From NCBI GenBank assembly GCA_002633005.1, contig NMRA01000222.1, positions 401,635 to 465,634 of the forward strand: DNA of 64,000 nucleotides. Reading direction: 5' to 3'. Positions within the stretch are counted from its first letter, which is position 1. Each line of letters begins with the position of its first letter. The position numbers and the translations under genes are program-made. The DNA is from Phoronis australis (taxonomy: Eukaryota; Animalia; Phoronida). Below the pieces are notes generated by a model. The model ran no database searches and had not been told where the DNA came from. It saw only the letters and a program-made list of their open reading frames with translations. Shown piece by piece: positions 1 through 13,958 of the stretch.

Positions 1-196
1 GCGTTCCGAGTACGAGGTAAGATTAACCGCCCAGGGCGGTTGCCTGTCGTAATAAGCGCCCATGTTCGGTTAACCGCCCACCCTGGATTTCTTGAAATTT
101 CACGTTTAAGCGCCCATGTCTGGTTAACCGCCCACCCCCGATTTTTTGGGTTTACCAATTTAACCGCCCAGGGCGTTAACCCGAACGATTACGGTA
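1..196. mobile_element. Right end of a non-autonomous DNA transposon/MITE, truncated by the window start
   Basis: Repeated subterminal TAACCGCCCA/TAAGCGCCCA motifs end in ...AACCCGAACGATTACGGTA (TTACGGTA at 189-196), the reverse complement of a TACCGTAA-type TIR. Confidence 0.6.
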
Positions 197-2047
197 TATT
201 CATTCACCAAGAAATGGGTGATTGGCTTAATGTGAAACTTTCAGATACTTTGCTTTATGTCGCACAGTTCTACAATACGCTGTTAAGAATGGCTTTTAAA
301 ATATTCCACTCTCGCAGTCACAGTTTTGTCTCTTGTCTTTCAAATACATTGTCACAGGAGAATTTACACAACCCCGTGTCCATAACCATCTATTCATAGA
401 CAGAGTGGACTCATCCAGATGACAGAAACACAAGTTGGAGAGAAGTAACCAAGATGGCTGGTCGCTATAGAAATATTTTCAACAATTTCACCTTTTTAGC
501 AGTGTGTATATGTTTCGACTCTTGAATTATTATTTCATTCAATGTGATGAAACTAAAGTAGACTTTTATTAGTGAGTGACGCAGATCCCTTTTGGGTGCT
601 GCTTTGAAATGCATTTGACAGGTCAGTGTATTAATTAAAACCAGTTATTATAATTAGTAACTCAATGTCTACATCTTGCTACAAGCAATATCATATACAA
701 CACTAGTGAAAAGTGATTTTTGTCAAGTGATGGCCAAGAAGACCAGTAAGTAATTTATTTCTTACTGGTCCTGACAAGTAAAATGATTAAAAAATCCCTA
801 TCCTTGCACATGGGACCACACAACAATTTGGATGCTTAAAAATCCTGCGATGGGGACACAAATCAAATTCGTTTCCAATACAGAAAATGTTACATGGAGC
901 CTTTAAGCTATGTATGGAAACCTCCATTTTATCATGTTACTATGGTTACATTTAGCATGACATAAACACTCACAGAACCCAAGAACACATTCGCAGCAAC
1001 ACTAAATGCCATAATTTTGGAAAACCAGATTTGTAGATATTGGGAAAATTTTCTCTAAACACCTGATATGCGTAGCAGTTAATTACGTCACAAGCATCCC
1101 TGATGTTAATTATACCTATGATAAACAACCTTGCCCAGAACAATGGTGAAGTCCAATTAACAAGCACGCCATCTTATTGGATACGGTTATCTATAAGAGA
1201 CATGGCAAAGATATGCGGCTGACTATGTTCTGGCCGCCGCTGGAAACATAACCAGAGAATTATTCGGAGAAAGTCTACACATTCAACTTCTATATCAAAG
1301 AACCGTAGCAAGGTATTCTGTAAAGGTAAGGAATCATTGAATAACAGCCGAGTTGACACGTCACTCTTTCGTAATGGTGAAATTTTTTTACTGAAATACG
1401 TAGGTCACACTTGTCGCAGCACTACCTTATTCAATAGACAACAGTAATTTTCCACTTATTTTACGCAAAAATAGTTGCCGAAATGGCCATTTTTCATTTT
1501 TGAGTGGTTGGTTACCATTTCGCAAATGATAGGAACTAATTAGCAAATGTGGTTTCATGGCATCTACCTACAGCAAACTGTGTTTGTAATGGAATACGGA
1601 GGTCTTAATTTTTTACCTCCATGAAAAAATTAAACAAAAAAAAATTAGACTTGCCAGCCATTTTTTGTGGCAAATAAGACTAAAGAAGAATTACGTAACC
1701 CTATTTGATTATACGCTGGTACTCTTAATCACTGTAAAGTGCTGTAAATCAAAATTTAACTTCAATGAAAATCCACCTCTTTATAGACAATTTTTCAAAA
1801 AATGTCTCATTTCAAATATTAATAAGTGAACAGCCAGTGTACTTCAGATTTCAACACAAAAATTCAACACTGTAGTCACAATATGTCAAAATAGATGGCA
1901 CCAGACTACATTTTCAAAAAAAAATAGACCAGAGCCTACAGTGCTTTTTGGCCTTAGTTTCCATTTGACATCTTGATGGTAATTAAGTTTTACTTTTGCA
2001 TAGCAAGCTGCTAAGGCATTGAAATTATGAAAAGCTGACTAGGATAA

Positions 2048-2217
2048 GACCAGATGGTAGTGGTGACCACATGATAGTGGTGACCAAATGATAGCAGTGA
2101 CCAGACGATAGTGGTGACCAGACGATAGTGGTGACCAGACGATAGTGGTGACCAGACGATAGTGGTGACCAGACGATAGTGGTGACCAGACGATAGTGGT
2201 GACCAGACGATAGTGGT
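2048..2217. repeat. 17-bp minisatellite (GACCAGACGATAGTGGT) x10
   Basis: Seven perfect units (2099-2217) are preceded by three diverged units (2048-2098). Confidence 0.95.
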
Positions 2218-3657
2218 CTTACAAAAAAGGAGAGTTGACTCTGGGGTGTCGGAATTCCTACATAAAATCTTGCAAAGGTCACCTGAACATTGTGATTAGA
2301 TTTTGCTATATTTGAGCATACAAACTGAAAATTTTGTAAGATCCTGACAAACATTTCACACCGAAATTGACTGGATTTCTTGAGGCAACATCAGTCAACG
2401 ATTATCGACAAAGATTCATAAAAACTAATTTAACATTTAGTCACCAGGGATTTCTTTTGTATGGCACTACTTTTCAACAACAAAGCCTCGTCAACCATTC
2501 ACTTTGATGTTCAAATACTGGTGCATCAGTTTGCAAACTGTGAAATCCCTCAATTCCAAACTCTGCAAAATAGATTGATAGTAAAATCTCACCAGTTTAG
2601 GACACAGTATGGCTGGCAAGTGAAAATTTTGTTTTACCTTTAAGTTTTTCCATGAAACATATGCAGCACCACATTAAATGACTTCCGTGCTCAAGTTTTG
2701 TGCCACAGTTACCTTGGTTACCAAATGAAACAAAAAATTGTGGGCATTCACATCAATGTCTGAAACCCTTAAAAATTAAAAGATGGCATTATTGGAAATA
2801 TTTTTGTGTCTGAAATTTGCGAGATTATACTTTATTTTCGAACTGTCTCCTTTCCAGCTGACTTTTGACAGCTAAAGAGTAAAAGCAAGAAATACGTAGT
2901 AAAATCTCGCCAACTTTGGTCACAGATACTCGTTAATATTGCACTTCATTCTTTTGTTGTGAATGCTCACAATTTTTAAAACATTTTCTGTTGGTAGTTA
3001 AGGTATAGACTTTACATATGGCAAAGCATTGATCTGGTGTAAATTCAAATAATTATCTTCTAAAAACGAGAAACTAGAACTTTACCTGTCCACCATATCG
3101 AGTCCTAAATCAGTGACTTTTTACCTGATACTACATTAGTAAAATTTTCACTTGTAGGCTCATCCATGTTGTTAGAATTTCTTAGTCAAAAAAATTCATA
3201 ATGCTTTATATTCAATTTCATAAGTTATTATTATCTTCATTAAATTAATAAACATCAAAACTGAAAATGTGTGGGAAATTTTTCATGTTGTTACCCATTC
3301 ACTATCTCCAGTCGCTTTTTTCTTGTCCATCTTACCAGATATTATTTTTTACATATTGTATCATTGTATCTTATTTCCATGCCTATTTTTGTGTATGTAC
3401 ATTATAAATAACCTTATTTTGCCAACAGGGGTCTCCTTCTCATCTCTGGTAACGAGCTTGTAACACACGTATTTTATACAGGACATAGGTTGAACACAAA
3501 AATCTATTATCATGATGGCAACAGTAAGTGGCCTAATTTTGATTTTGTTTTGTGTACAAACAGGAGAAAATACAGTTTCTTGTAGACAGACCACCAAGCT
3601 TGTATTGCTGATGAATAAGGCAACATGTCATTAACAAATGATGTTCTCAGGGAGCTA

Positions 3658-3707
3658 TACTGACCGCACACTGAGACAGTAATACTGACCGCACACTGAG
3701 ACAGTAA
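3658..3707. repeat. 25-bp tandem duplication (TACTGACCGCACACTGAGACAGTAA x2)
   Basis: Two identical adjacent copies. Confidence 0.9.
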
Positions 3708-5029
3708 TGCGACTGTCACACAGACTGTCACAGGAGCACACAACTTAAATGAAATAAACAATGACAAAACTGATAATATTACCTAATCTTGTATAAGGTG
3801 TCTACAAAACAGACTGACCTCAGAGGTAATCAAACTACATGCAGGTAACAATAACGAGTAATTAACTGGGAATAGGACACCTGTCAAGCACAGTCATTAC
3901 AGTTCTGTGGTCACCTTACACCACACAGGTAACCTTGCCAACTAGAGCTAGGTTAGAGCCCCAATCAGCTGATTACCCTAGCAAGCTATTTATCCTCAGT
4001 TTCATCATCACCAAGACACAGTTTGGTTTTCAGCCATTAAATTGTCAGCTTTGAACAAGTATGGAATCCGCATAATGTGAACAACTCCATGGACTTTGAT
4101 TGACACCAGCACATTCAACATGGGAGCCAATAATGTTCACCTATCTTCATCTAGTTTAACTCAAACTATGGTTACACACTCCCCACCTATTTAGCACAAT
4201 GTATAACATTAACATTGTTAGTTAAATTTCAGAAAAAACAAAAGCTTCAGGCCAATTGTCTCCCAAAATATGGTATTGTACCACGTTTTCGAAGTTCTGG
4301 GTCATACTTGAGAAACTTGAGTCGTGTTTGAAAAGGTCCAAGTCATGCTTAAAATCGTGAGCCATGTTTAAAAAGCAAGTAATTTTTATCTGGTTTACAA
4401 GACAAATGACTGAAATGAGTGTTGCATGGCGATTCTCTGTTTTTATTCCTTTGCTGTAAAACCAATAGCGGCAGGCTAAGCGAGTAAACATCACTCTAGG
4501 ACAGACGCGTGTAAATTAGACCCAAGGGTGGGTTATTTATCTATGATAACCACAAAATCATACTGTGAAAATTCTTCAACTTGGAAGAAGTCAGAATAAT
4601 TAATGAAATTGTCAGATTTCTATTATTTTCAGAGGATTACCATGTTGTTTAGCAATAGCTATGCCATAAAACCATGCGAAAAGCAAATTAAGGTTTTCTG
4701 AAAAGTAATTTTTGTTAAGAAATTTGATAAAATGAAATTTCACCTGTCCAGCATATTGTGTTACAAACTGAAGACTTTTTACCAATTAGCCAAAAATGAC
4801 ACTAAAAACCACTGCCTTACTCTGATGGTGGAATGACGTCAATTCTGCAGTGCTTTAAGCAGTTTGTCAATCCTTTTTTACGAGTAACATTCATGCTTTT
4901 TTCAAAAAACTTCAATTTTTACCAGAAAAGCAATTAACCTCCAACACGAAATAACAAAAGCAACACAGAGCGCTGTAATGTGCCCACGACTGCACCATAA
5001 ACATTGTGCTTCTAGGGGTGTTTATGTGT

Positions 5030-6130
5030 CTGATTGTCTAGCATAAAAATGACCATTAGATGGAATGGTATACATTGAACCAATCCAAAAATGGGAAGGT
5101 GTCGTCGTGCCCCTAAATTATTTGCCAAATTTCATGAAAATCCGTAAAAGAATTCCAAAGATACAACAGTAAATATAAGAAACAAACAGCCATTAGGAAC
5201 CACAAGTTAATTGGAGTATAATTATTGCAAAATTTTAAAAACATCTTGGGATTAGGAGATTAAGCCGTAGATGTGAAAAAGTGTCACTAGGGGGCACCAC
5301 AGCTAATGGACCCGTTTAAAACTCCATGTCAGTCAAGCTCTTGTCAGTAGAAGCACTATCTGCCAAATTTCCATAATTATCCTCTTCACGGTTTGGCAAA
5401 TACAGAAGCAAAAAAGACTAAAAATAATTAAAATGGCCAATATTTAGATCGGAAAGATCTTGCAAGGGTAAAGGAGATACAGACATGAACACAAAAAATA
5501 CAAAACTGCCATTAGGGGATGCCAGAGTAGTTGAAATGTCCAAAAATAAATGTCTGCCTCTGTCTTCTCATCAGGAAACATATCATAATGCAAAATATGT
5601 CAAATCCATCCAATACGGGAACACGACATCGTTTCTTTAATAGAAAGCTATTTGCCAAATTGTATAAAAACCCAGAACTTCAAGGAAATAGAGGAAAACG
5701 GAAAAAAGACAATGCCACGAGGGGGCACAGCATTCGTCCGGTCCGTCCAAAAGTTGTCATCGTCTAATGTCAACTTCATATGAATACACTGTCTTGCTAA
5801 ATGTAACAAAGAGATACAGCCATGGGCCAAAAAATGCCACTAGGAGGCGCCACAGTAGTCAAAGTCGTTGGAAAATCATCGTCAGCTGTCATCTTTGCAG
5901 TATGTGAAAATGAATTTGATTTACTCAAGGCTGTAAACAGGGATCACTCAAACACAAGTGCCATTCACAAATTTATTTGTGAGCTCATCTCTTTGTACAT
6001 CCAAAAGCACCCTCTGTTATCAATACTGCTTTGAAAGGGCTCTTATTGGAACAATGTAGCTACTGAGTGAGTTTCAAGGTTTTTGTAAAGCACCATTTCA
6101 CTAGGTATGCATCACCACTAAGAGGTGCAA
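5030..6130. repeat. Degenerate ~230-bp-period tandem array, possibly Helitron/Helentron-derived
   Basis: Recurrent TGC(C/A)AAAT..AA(A/T)(A/T)CC-like blocks at ~5122, 5361 and 5589, and CCAYTAGGRGGC-like blocks at ~5190, 5283, 5508, 5714 and 5836. The family assignment is inference. Confidence 0.45.
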
Positions 6131-8715
6131 TAGGAACATCTATTTCCTTTCCATGAGAAATCAGTTTTCACATCTAATTTGCAAGATTGTTGTCCACTTG
6201 GAATGTTGAATTACCAAAACCCAGTTTCTAGGCAATTGAGGTCATCCCCAAGTATACTACCAAAACTTGCTTGTGCTGCATCTTCACTTGGAAATGTACA
6301 GAATACTGAGCGCATATTTATTGCTTTTCTTTTCCCCGTATCAATGCGAAAAAAAGTCTTTCTGTAGATCAACAGACTCCACACAGAAAACACTTGAGAG
6401 AGCAAGATCTGACCAATAAGACGCATCCATACAATTTGCAGACAGAGCTTTCCCTTTCATGATTGGTCAATTGAAGTTAGTTGAGCGAATGACAAACCAA
6501 TGCAACACATTCTTACCTGGCTTTGTCATCCAGTAGACAGCAGAAATTTGGAGGTGGGTATTCCAAGGAATTAATGTTACAAAAAAAACAGGAAAATTCG
6601 ACACACTGACTTCAGCACCAAGAATCCAGGTGCCTTAAGCACGGACTAAGTATTAGACGTTGCAAAGTCGCTGTAAAATACCATCCGATAGAACTGCATT
6701 CAATGTGGCCAGTCCAGTGCAACTACAGTCACTGACTTCTCTTCTTGTGCTGTTTATGTGGGTTTTTGTATAGTGGTCATGAGTATATATTTGATCCATG
6801 ACCACATTGCAATGCCAGACATAGATGCCAGTTATCATCCCGACAAGAAACCACCAAACAAGTAATATGTATTCAAATAGGAATAGTGCCACGCATGTAG
6901 CCAGCCTAAAAAATGAGGGGGCTCGAACTTTTAAGTATGTGGACCTTTTACTAAGATTCAAGGGTACGTTCAGAGCTATGAATTGTCCATTCACCGTATT
7001 TTGGTAGTTCTGGCATTTTTAGTGGACTTTTGTCTCGTTTTCTACTTTTTTTGGAGTTTTTGTTTCTCTGAGATGGATGTTTTTGTCAAATTCACCGAAT
7101 GGGGGCTCGTTCGAGCCTTCCAAACCCCCCTGGGTCCACTCACAGTCATATATATAATATATAAAAATATATAATTATGTAGCAGTAACAAACTGAAACT
7201 TTCTCGTCACCAGAAAAGTGAATGAGTTTCTGTTTAATAAATGTTCAGTGGTACCTATAACTTGCATAAATTAAATGTGGATGAATCACCATGCTCTCAA
7301 ACAACCACTGTTGCATGATGCAGTGTTCAAATGCCTTTCGTCAAAAAGGCAGTATTGGAATATCGTTAAGATAACACGATTCGAAAAAATGCTTATACAA
7401 AAGACAGAATTTGTGCATCTGGCTGAGGCAGTTAGGAGACGCAATGTTATTTAGTCCATTAATAACACAGTTTCCACTATTTTCACCAGTTTAGACTCCA
7501 CAATGAGTTTCATCAATGAAAAGAAATCACAAAATTTGGAGCACTGCTGTGTAGTTTACAGCTCTTCATTTAGTTGCAGTTTTATTGACAGTTCACAAAC
7601 AGTGAAGTTCACTAACTTTTCATTTTGCTGGTGCACCTCCATCAATTCAAAAATTATTTTGAAGATTAATTCTCGTTATTTCGAAAATATTTGATTGCGT
7701 GTTGAAAGAGCGTCACTTGCAATTATTTCCAAAATATCGGATTAATTGCATTAGAAAAACAAAGGGTATGGCAATGAGCAACTTTTAAGTCATGGCCCTG
7801 TAAAAATCTGTATTCACCCCCTCCCCCCTTTGCAACCAATTCAATATCAGAGTCAACAAAAATGTTTTTTTACAACACGTGGCATGAAAAAGATGTCTAT
7901 GACGTATACGTCCATTGCTAGAGGGATTTACATGTCCAGCCTAAGAATTTTGTTCACACTTTTTAACCCTAATATAATGGCAAATTTAGGTATTTATAAT
8001 TTTTCCTGCAAAAAATATTCAGAAATAAACAAAATTAATAACATTTTGAAAAACTTTCTAATTTTAGGCATTTAATGCTTTTAGAACCTCTGTCGATAAA
8101 AACGAGGCTGTTTACAAAATGTTGGTAAAACATGTACCAAGGGTTAACTTGTCACCTTATTGTTTCCTGTAGCAAATTTTAACTAAAAATTGAAAATGAT
8201 TCAAAAACATACTTATCAAATAAACACGAATTGACTAAAAACTTCATGACTTCTATGAGGTTACAGTTAATGGAAATTCGTATCGGTAGGTCCATTTTTA
8301 TTCCTCTTAAGTTTGCTAACAACAGTTACCAGAAAGAGTAGAATCCTTGACAAATTGCCATGGCAACATGGAATCAATAATGAGGGAGACACACACACAA
8401 ACACAAAGAAACTGAACTGTTCTGGTGTAGATTTGATGTTAGTTTCTGTATATGAAACAAACTAACGCCATCTACTCCACTACCCCTCAGTTTGTGAACA
8501 ACTCTCAAACCTTGTGTGCTTCCAAAAACATGCAATGACCAGAGGCAAATTTAGAAACCAGGCCATACTCATTGGTATAAAAAATCTCATTTAGACGAGC
8601 GTGGGTTGCTAAAAACAGAGCTGCAGTTAGTAATCAAGACACAACCATTTAGAGAATGACACCCCCTTCCATAACTAATCGTTTTTAAGAAAAACTTGTT
8701 AACAGAGCCATTGTA

Positions 8716-8778
8716 TTTTTTTAATTTATTGTGAGGGTAGCCTCTTCAGTGATAGCACTGCTTTCCAAGAGGGCCATT
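8716..8778 (-). mobile_element. Possible 3' tail of a LINE/SINE (hairpin plus A-rich tail)
   Basis: Minus strand reads GGCCCTCTTGGAAAGCAGTGCTATCACTGAAGAGGCTACCCTCACAATAAATTAAAAAA, a stem-loop (CAGTG..CACTG, CCTCTT..AAGAGG) followed by an A-rich tail. Confidence 0.35.
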
Positions 8779-9189
8779 ACCTACAAAAAACAATAAGCTA
8801 TTATGGCAAAACTTGTATAATTTTCTACAGTGATGTGAAAAGATCACGCTGAAACAAAAACTTTGAATGAAACACCACGAAGATGTAGCACTGGTTTCTA
8901 CAGCAAGCGTCCACTTTGGTTTGACAATATAAAAGCTTCTTACAGATGTACGCTAAAAATTTTTAAATTCAGGACACGAAAAAATCCTGAAACAGTCTTT
9001 ATTCTACTTACTACATCGCTACGAAAATAATACTTTAAATTTTGCCAAATATGAATGGTATTGCAAAATTAGTTGACAACTAAATGGTACAAACCGAGTA
9101 AAACAAAGTAGCAATTCTTGAATTTTTTGTTGTCGGTTGAAAAATTAGAAGCAACTTCGTATTTTCTAATTAAAAATCAGTTAGTCTTT

Positions 9190-9396
9190 TTACACTACCG
9201 TAACCTCTAGCCTATTTACAGTGGCACGACATTTTGGACGGTCATTTCTCAGGCTATGTTCAGGTGCTAACAATGCTCTAAGTAAGAACGAGCATGGCTG
9301 GCTGGTACTCTTATGCCAGGCAATGGAATCCTGGGGCACAGCAACGTTTGAACCTGGGACCTTTCGGTTGTCAGTCCACATAGTACTTAACTGACA
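9190..9396 (-). mobile_element. Decayed tRNA-derived SINE-like fragment
   Basis: Minus strand GTCAGTTAAGTACTATGTGGACTGACAACCGAAAGGTCCCAGGTTCAAAC resembles a tRNA D/anticodon/T-arm region with a B-box (GGTTCAAAC), but there is no intact acceptor stem. Confidence 0.4.
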
Positions 9397-9822
9397 AGCA
9401 GGTCTAGGGAGCCGTAATTAATGATGAACCAAAATTTCAATTGGCCACCATATTATGTCCTGAACACTGCGGTCTTTCAATCGTTTGATGTTCGACTCAA
9501 ACTAAACAAGAATTACTAAATCATATACACGTTGTTATTAAGAATTTGTACATTTCACTCATGCCAAACATCAATAAACACTTAAAATTCAGAAACTCGG
9601 ACCGTTATGCGGCACCTTGTATTTCGTCAATGGATTCGTAAACAAACTATTTGCATCATCAATTTTCTTGTCAAGAATGCTCAACAGTGGATTAGAAACC
9701 TAGAGGTGGAAACTGCTGTTATAAGTCTGGAGTTGAAACTCAGTGAGCGATGTTTGTAATACATTGCCCTAGTCTTCACAACTGACTCATCTCTAATGAG
9801 GTCAAACTCGTCATGCAGGTGA

Positions 9823-9879
9823 GCCAAACTCGTCACGCAGGTGCGCCAAACTCGTCACGGCGAAATAAAACTCGTTACC
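9823..9879. repeat. 22-bp tandem repeat (CAAACTCGTCAYGCAGGTGMGC), ~2.5 copies
   Basis: Direct inspection. Confidence 0.85.
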
Positions 9880-11317
9880 ACGACAGCTCATAAATGATAT
9901 TGGAAAATGTGTTGACTGACAGGTGATGTTCACGCTAGAGCTGATTACGAGACTAGCCTGGAGATACTGTCGTTACTGCGGACAACACAATTGAGGAAAG
10001 GAGGATATTGCAAGTTCTCTGTCAAAACAAAGGTGTTAGGAAATTGTCTGCGTTGCCTGTATAGCTAATATATCTGATAGGCGTGCAAGAAGGGAATCAA
10101 ACACTAACACTGACTAGACGGCATGATCGGAAAATCGCAACGGACGGAAATATGTACTATGACACCTGAGTAGCTTGGTAGATATCAGGGTCAAGGAAAT
10201 CTTCCTCACTCAAAGTCCACACAGACATTCTCATTATCTGCGTCATTTTGTCAAGAATATAATTCTTATCTCATTAACTGCTATTGTTTTCCCACTCACC
10301 ATAATTCTGTTCTCATGAACGCATTCTATTCCTCATGAACCACAGTTCTCTTCATTACAATCTGATACAAGCGAATTAATAGGACAAGTGTACTTAATAC
10401 AAACCAAGAAACAAACTGGTCTGTTTAGTACAACTTTTGTATTTCATGAAGAAACAAGACGACAATGTTTGTAAGAACTGAATTGCTGAGCATGCAAAAT
10501 TCAACGCTGATAAGTTTTTGTAAGCCATTATACACAATTTTGTGCATATACCGGTAACATCCACAAAAGTGCAGAAATTAACTCTTAGTAAATATATTTT
10601 CTGAGAGTAGGAAACCTAATAAGTATAGACTTTTGATTTTAAACTTTAATACAAATCTGTCATTGACTGGGACACATAACTATGTCTCTTTAGTGTAATT
10701 TACCAAAAAAAGACAGTTATAGCAAAACAAACCTACCAAATTTAGTCACTTACTTGAATAACTTTTAAAATATTTAGTGGCAGACACATAAAATTATCTT
10801 CAAAATACTTGAAAATCACAGAATCTTAATATATCATGCAGGTAAGCCATGCCCATATCTTCGTCACCACCTGACTGCATTTTTACTATAAAACATGACT
10901 TTTCATCATGATGGTGATCACCAAATTTACCACAACAAAACTTGAAAATTCTGTTTCTTTATTCTTAGCTACAAATTGAAAGTGTGTTTGGTGTTTTCCT
11001 TTATGGCATGTTCAGGAGCTCAAAACTTCTATTTCAGTTTTCGAGAATGTTGACGTCTTCATTTATGAGACTGGAGGCTTAAACATTAAAAAATAACAGA
11101 CGCAATTTTGAAGCTAACAGAAATTTCAAGTTTCGTGCAAAAAATGTGTGTGGAAATTACACCGATCCCCATGAAAATCACGATTTTTTAATTAAAAATT
11201 CAATTACATGTTTCTCATAAAAGATTCACTGATGATCAAGGATTTTGAAAAAGTAGTTTTATGGGTCTACTATAAATACTCCCTTTAAGAGGCTGTTATT
11301 TCATAAAAAGTTATACA

Positions 11318-11477
11318 CCTGACTGGGTTGCATAAAACCTCAAAACCTACAAGCTGGATAAGTTTAACTGTTGCACACAACAAAAAGTCCATTGGTCAAA
11401 CAAAACCAACCCAGACAAGTGTTAATGTGAGGTCACTGTTGCTATCCACCATATAACTTTTATGCAACCAAGCCATG
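11318..11477. mobile_element. Short MITE (GGTTGCATAAAA-type TIR), same family as 25847-26002
   Basis: Inverted ends CTGACTGGGTTGCATAAAA ... TTTTATGCAACCAAGCCATG. Confidence 0.55.
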
Positions 11478-11728
11478 AACTAATGCACAGGCAACAAGTT
11501 TCAAAGTAACACAAATGAACTATCAATCTTCTTTGCTCTCATGAACAAACACCATTGTTAACATAATTTACTACACCTAACAAATATCATGTTCTTAATA
11601 ACTGCTGGTTGATTGACTATACCCCATTGTTATTATTGCAATGACAAATGTATTGTTAGTTTCCACAACCATTCAGTTTCATTAGAGACAGTTATTTCAA
11701 ATGTGTTAACTACAAGGAGCTATCTTTA

Positions 11729-12237
11729 AGGCCCTTTCATATTGACTTCATTCCAAGTCCATCTGAGCAAAGCATCCATGTAAACAGCAGAGTTAACTGG
11801 ACCTTTCATACTGGCTTCAGTAGTTAATAAACATTGAAGTAAACTGGAGGTGACGCTGTCGTCATCAAAGTTATCACAAGGTAGCGCTGCACGCTAAGAT
11901 TTTTTCAATGTGACAATTTAGGAACATTTACATGTGCTAATTGACAATCTTATTTTTTAAATCAATTGGTTATTATTAGAGCAAAATATAAGCAGCTATT
12001 AGTGACAGCACTACCGTGTTATAGTTGACGATAACAGTGGCACCTGGCGATAACTTCGATTTGACCGATGTTCACCGTTCATACTGCACCGCAGCGTCGA
12101 CGCTGCGCTGTTAAATCCACCTGTTAACTGCGATGTTAACTGGAGCTGTTAACTTCGATCCAGGACTGGGGTTAAGCGTTCATACTGACCGCAACTCCCC
12201 AAACCATCGACGCGTCGACATTAGTATGAAAGGCTCT
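11729..12237. mobile_element. PIF/Harbinger-type MITE with TTA target-site duplication and internal foldback
   Basis: Imperfect TIRs AGGCCCTTTCATA / TATGAAAGGCTCT, flanked by TTA (11726-11728 and 12238-12240). Internal imperfect inverted arms lie at ~11833-11889 and ~12006-12060. Confidence 0.65.
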
Positions 12238-13895
12238 TTACGTAAGCAGTGTAAGTGAAAGGCATTTGCAATGGATGTCTACTTCAGAAGATTTAAATAA
12301 AAATGCGAACTAGACAGAAACATAAGAAATGCCTGCCAGGAATTATCAAGGTACCTATTATACACGGTTAACGGACTGCTAGACAGTGTCGGCCACAAAA
12401 ACACGACACACGCACCTGTAAACGCCGCTCACAAAACACAATTCATTCGTCCAAAATACACAGTCATGGACTCACATTCACACATACAATCAAAATCTTT
12501 CTCTCCAGAGGTCGCAAAAACTGCACTGCGTTCTGTAGCACCCAAGACAGTAAATTGCACTTGCCACAAAAAATTTCAGTTATATAATGAACAAGGGGAA
12601 TCATATCTCAAAATTTATGATCAATTTAATCCATCATTCTAACCTGACCGACCAATCACTTCAGTAGGTACCATTTTGTTAGGATAGAGTAGGAAGCTCC
12701 TAGCACTCTCAAAACACTCGCCTTTCACTCCCACGATTTTGTGAGGTCCTGCAAAAACTTGTTAATGTCGCAAGAAAGTCGGTCTACAAAACGCTATCCT
12801 GACTCGTGTCAGGTACAGCCCACACAGTTTACCCAATCACAACAAACTGTTTTAACCTGTCACCGCGACACGTTTGTGAGCACTTGTGACACGTTTGAAT
12901 ACCCCCCTCCCCCCATTCAACACGTTTTCAGGTGTGGAGAGTCTGCAAGATACCACTTATAAAATAATTTTGATCTGTTTTAAATTTGAAGTTGTAATCA
13001 AATTTTGGACACAAAAAGTTTGTCAAGTATTGTTCTGCACTGCTGTGTTACCATTAAGTACACAAAGTAGCAAGACAGCTAAATGTGCACTTAAAATAGC
13101 TCAACAGTGTTAACTTTGCACTATGTAATAAAAATCTGTCGTTTTACACTGTACTAAGCTAATGAAATATAATTACCGAAATGGCCATAAAATTGGCTAG
13201 CATCAAAGAGATGCCCCACCAAGGCACTCGATCGATCAAATGTGGGCCCCCATTCCCCTCTCAAAAATATCCCGCAAAGTTCCCCTCATCAGGTCAAAGA
13301 ATTCGTCACTGAACGATTAAAAATTCCCCTCAAGGTTTTAAGCTCAGACAATCCTAAAAATATTGTATTCAAACCCACTGACTTTAATCACGAGGCCACT
13401 AGACACCGGAATCGTCACAAACTGGTTTCCTGGCAAACAAAGTGCCATGTACAAGAGTGCTAGAACCAGTTTAATTTACACTCTCCCATATTGAAAACAC
13501 AAAACGAGAAGACAACTGTTCGTCTGTGGCTCAAAATGGAACACAAACAAGTTCTGCAAGAGAAGAATTATGAACAGCCAGAGGACGACTCACAGAAACA
13601 CAAAGGAAACTGTAATTTCTCTGATGAACTTACTGTGCACTCCTCTCAGAAGCAGTCTCAAACAGACCATGTTTGAACAGCTACCTCATCAGGACTATTC
13701 ACCGACGCTGTGGCCAACAACAACACTGCCAATGTCAGCTAGGAACAGTTAAAAAGGCTTCTTGTCTATACACAGAGGTGAAAGAAGGACCGAATCAATG
13801 GTTAAATTTAAGGAAGCGTAACACTATATCCTGTTGTGGGAGACTAAAAAGATTGTTTAGCTGAAACCTTTCATTATTGTGCTAGCAAAGTGGGT

Positions 13896-13958
13896 TCTGT
13901 GGTAGAGGGTGAGGTCTGTGGTAGAGGGTGGGGTCTGTTGTAGAGGGTGGGGTCTGTT
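13896..13958. repeat. 19-bp tandem repeat (TCTGTKGTAGAGGGTGRGG) x3
   Basis: Direct inspection. Confidence 0.85.

Noticed and set aside
2025-2354. 109-aa ORF, or a CRISPR-like array
   Set aside because: The ORF is a translation of the 17-bp minisatellite. The units are contiguous without unique spacers, in a eukaryotic context.
9340-9396. Functional tRNA gene
   Set aside because: It has a B-box but no intact acceptor stem or A-box, so it is treated as a SINE-like remnant.
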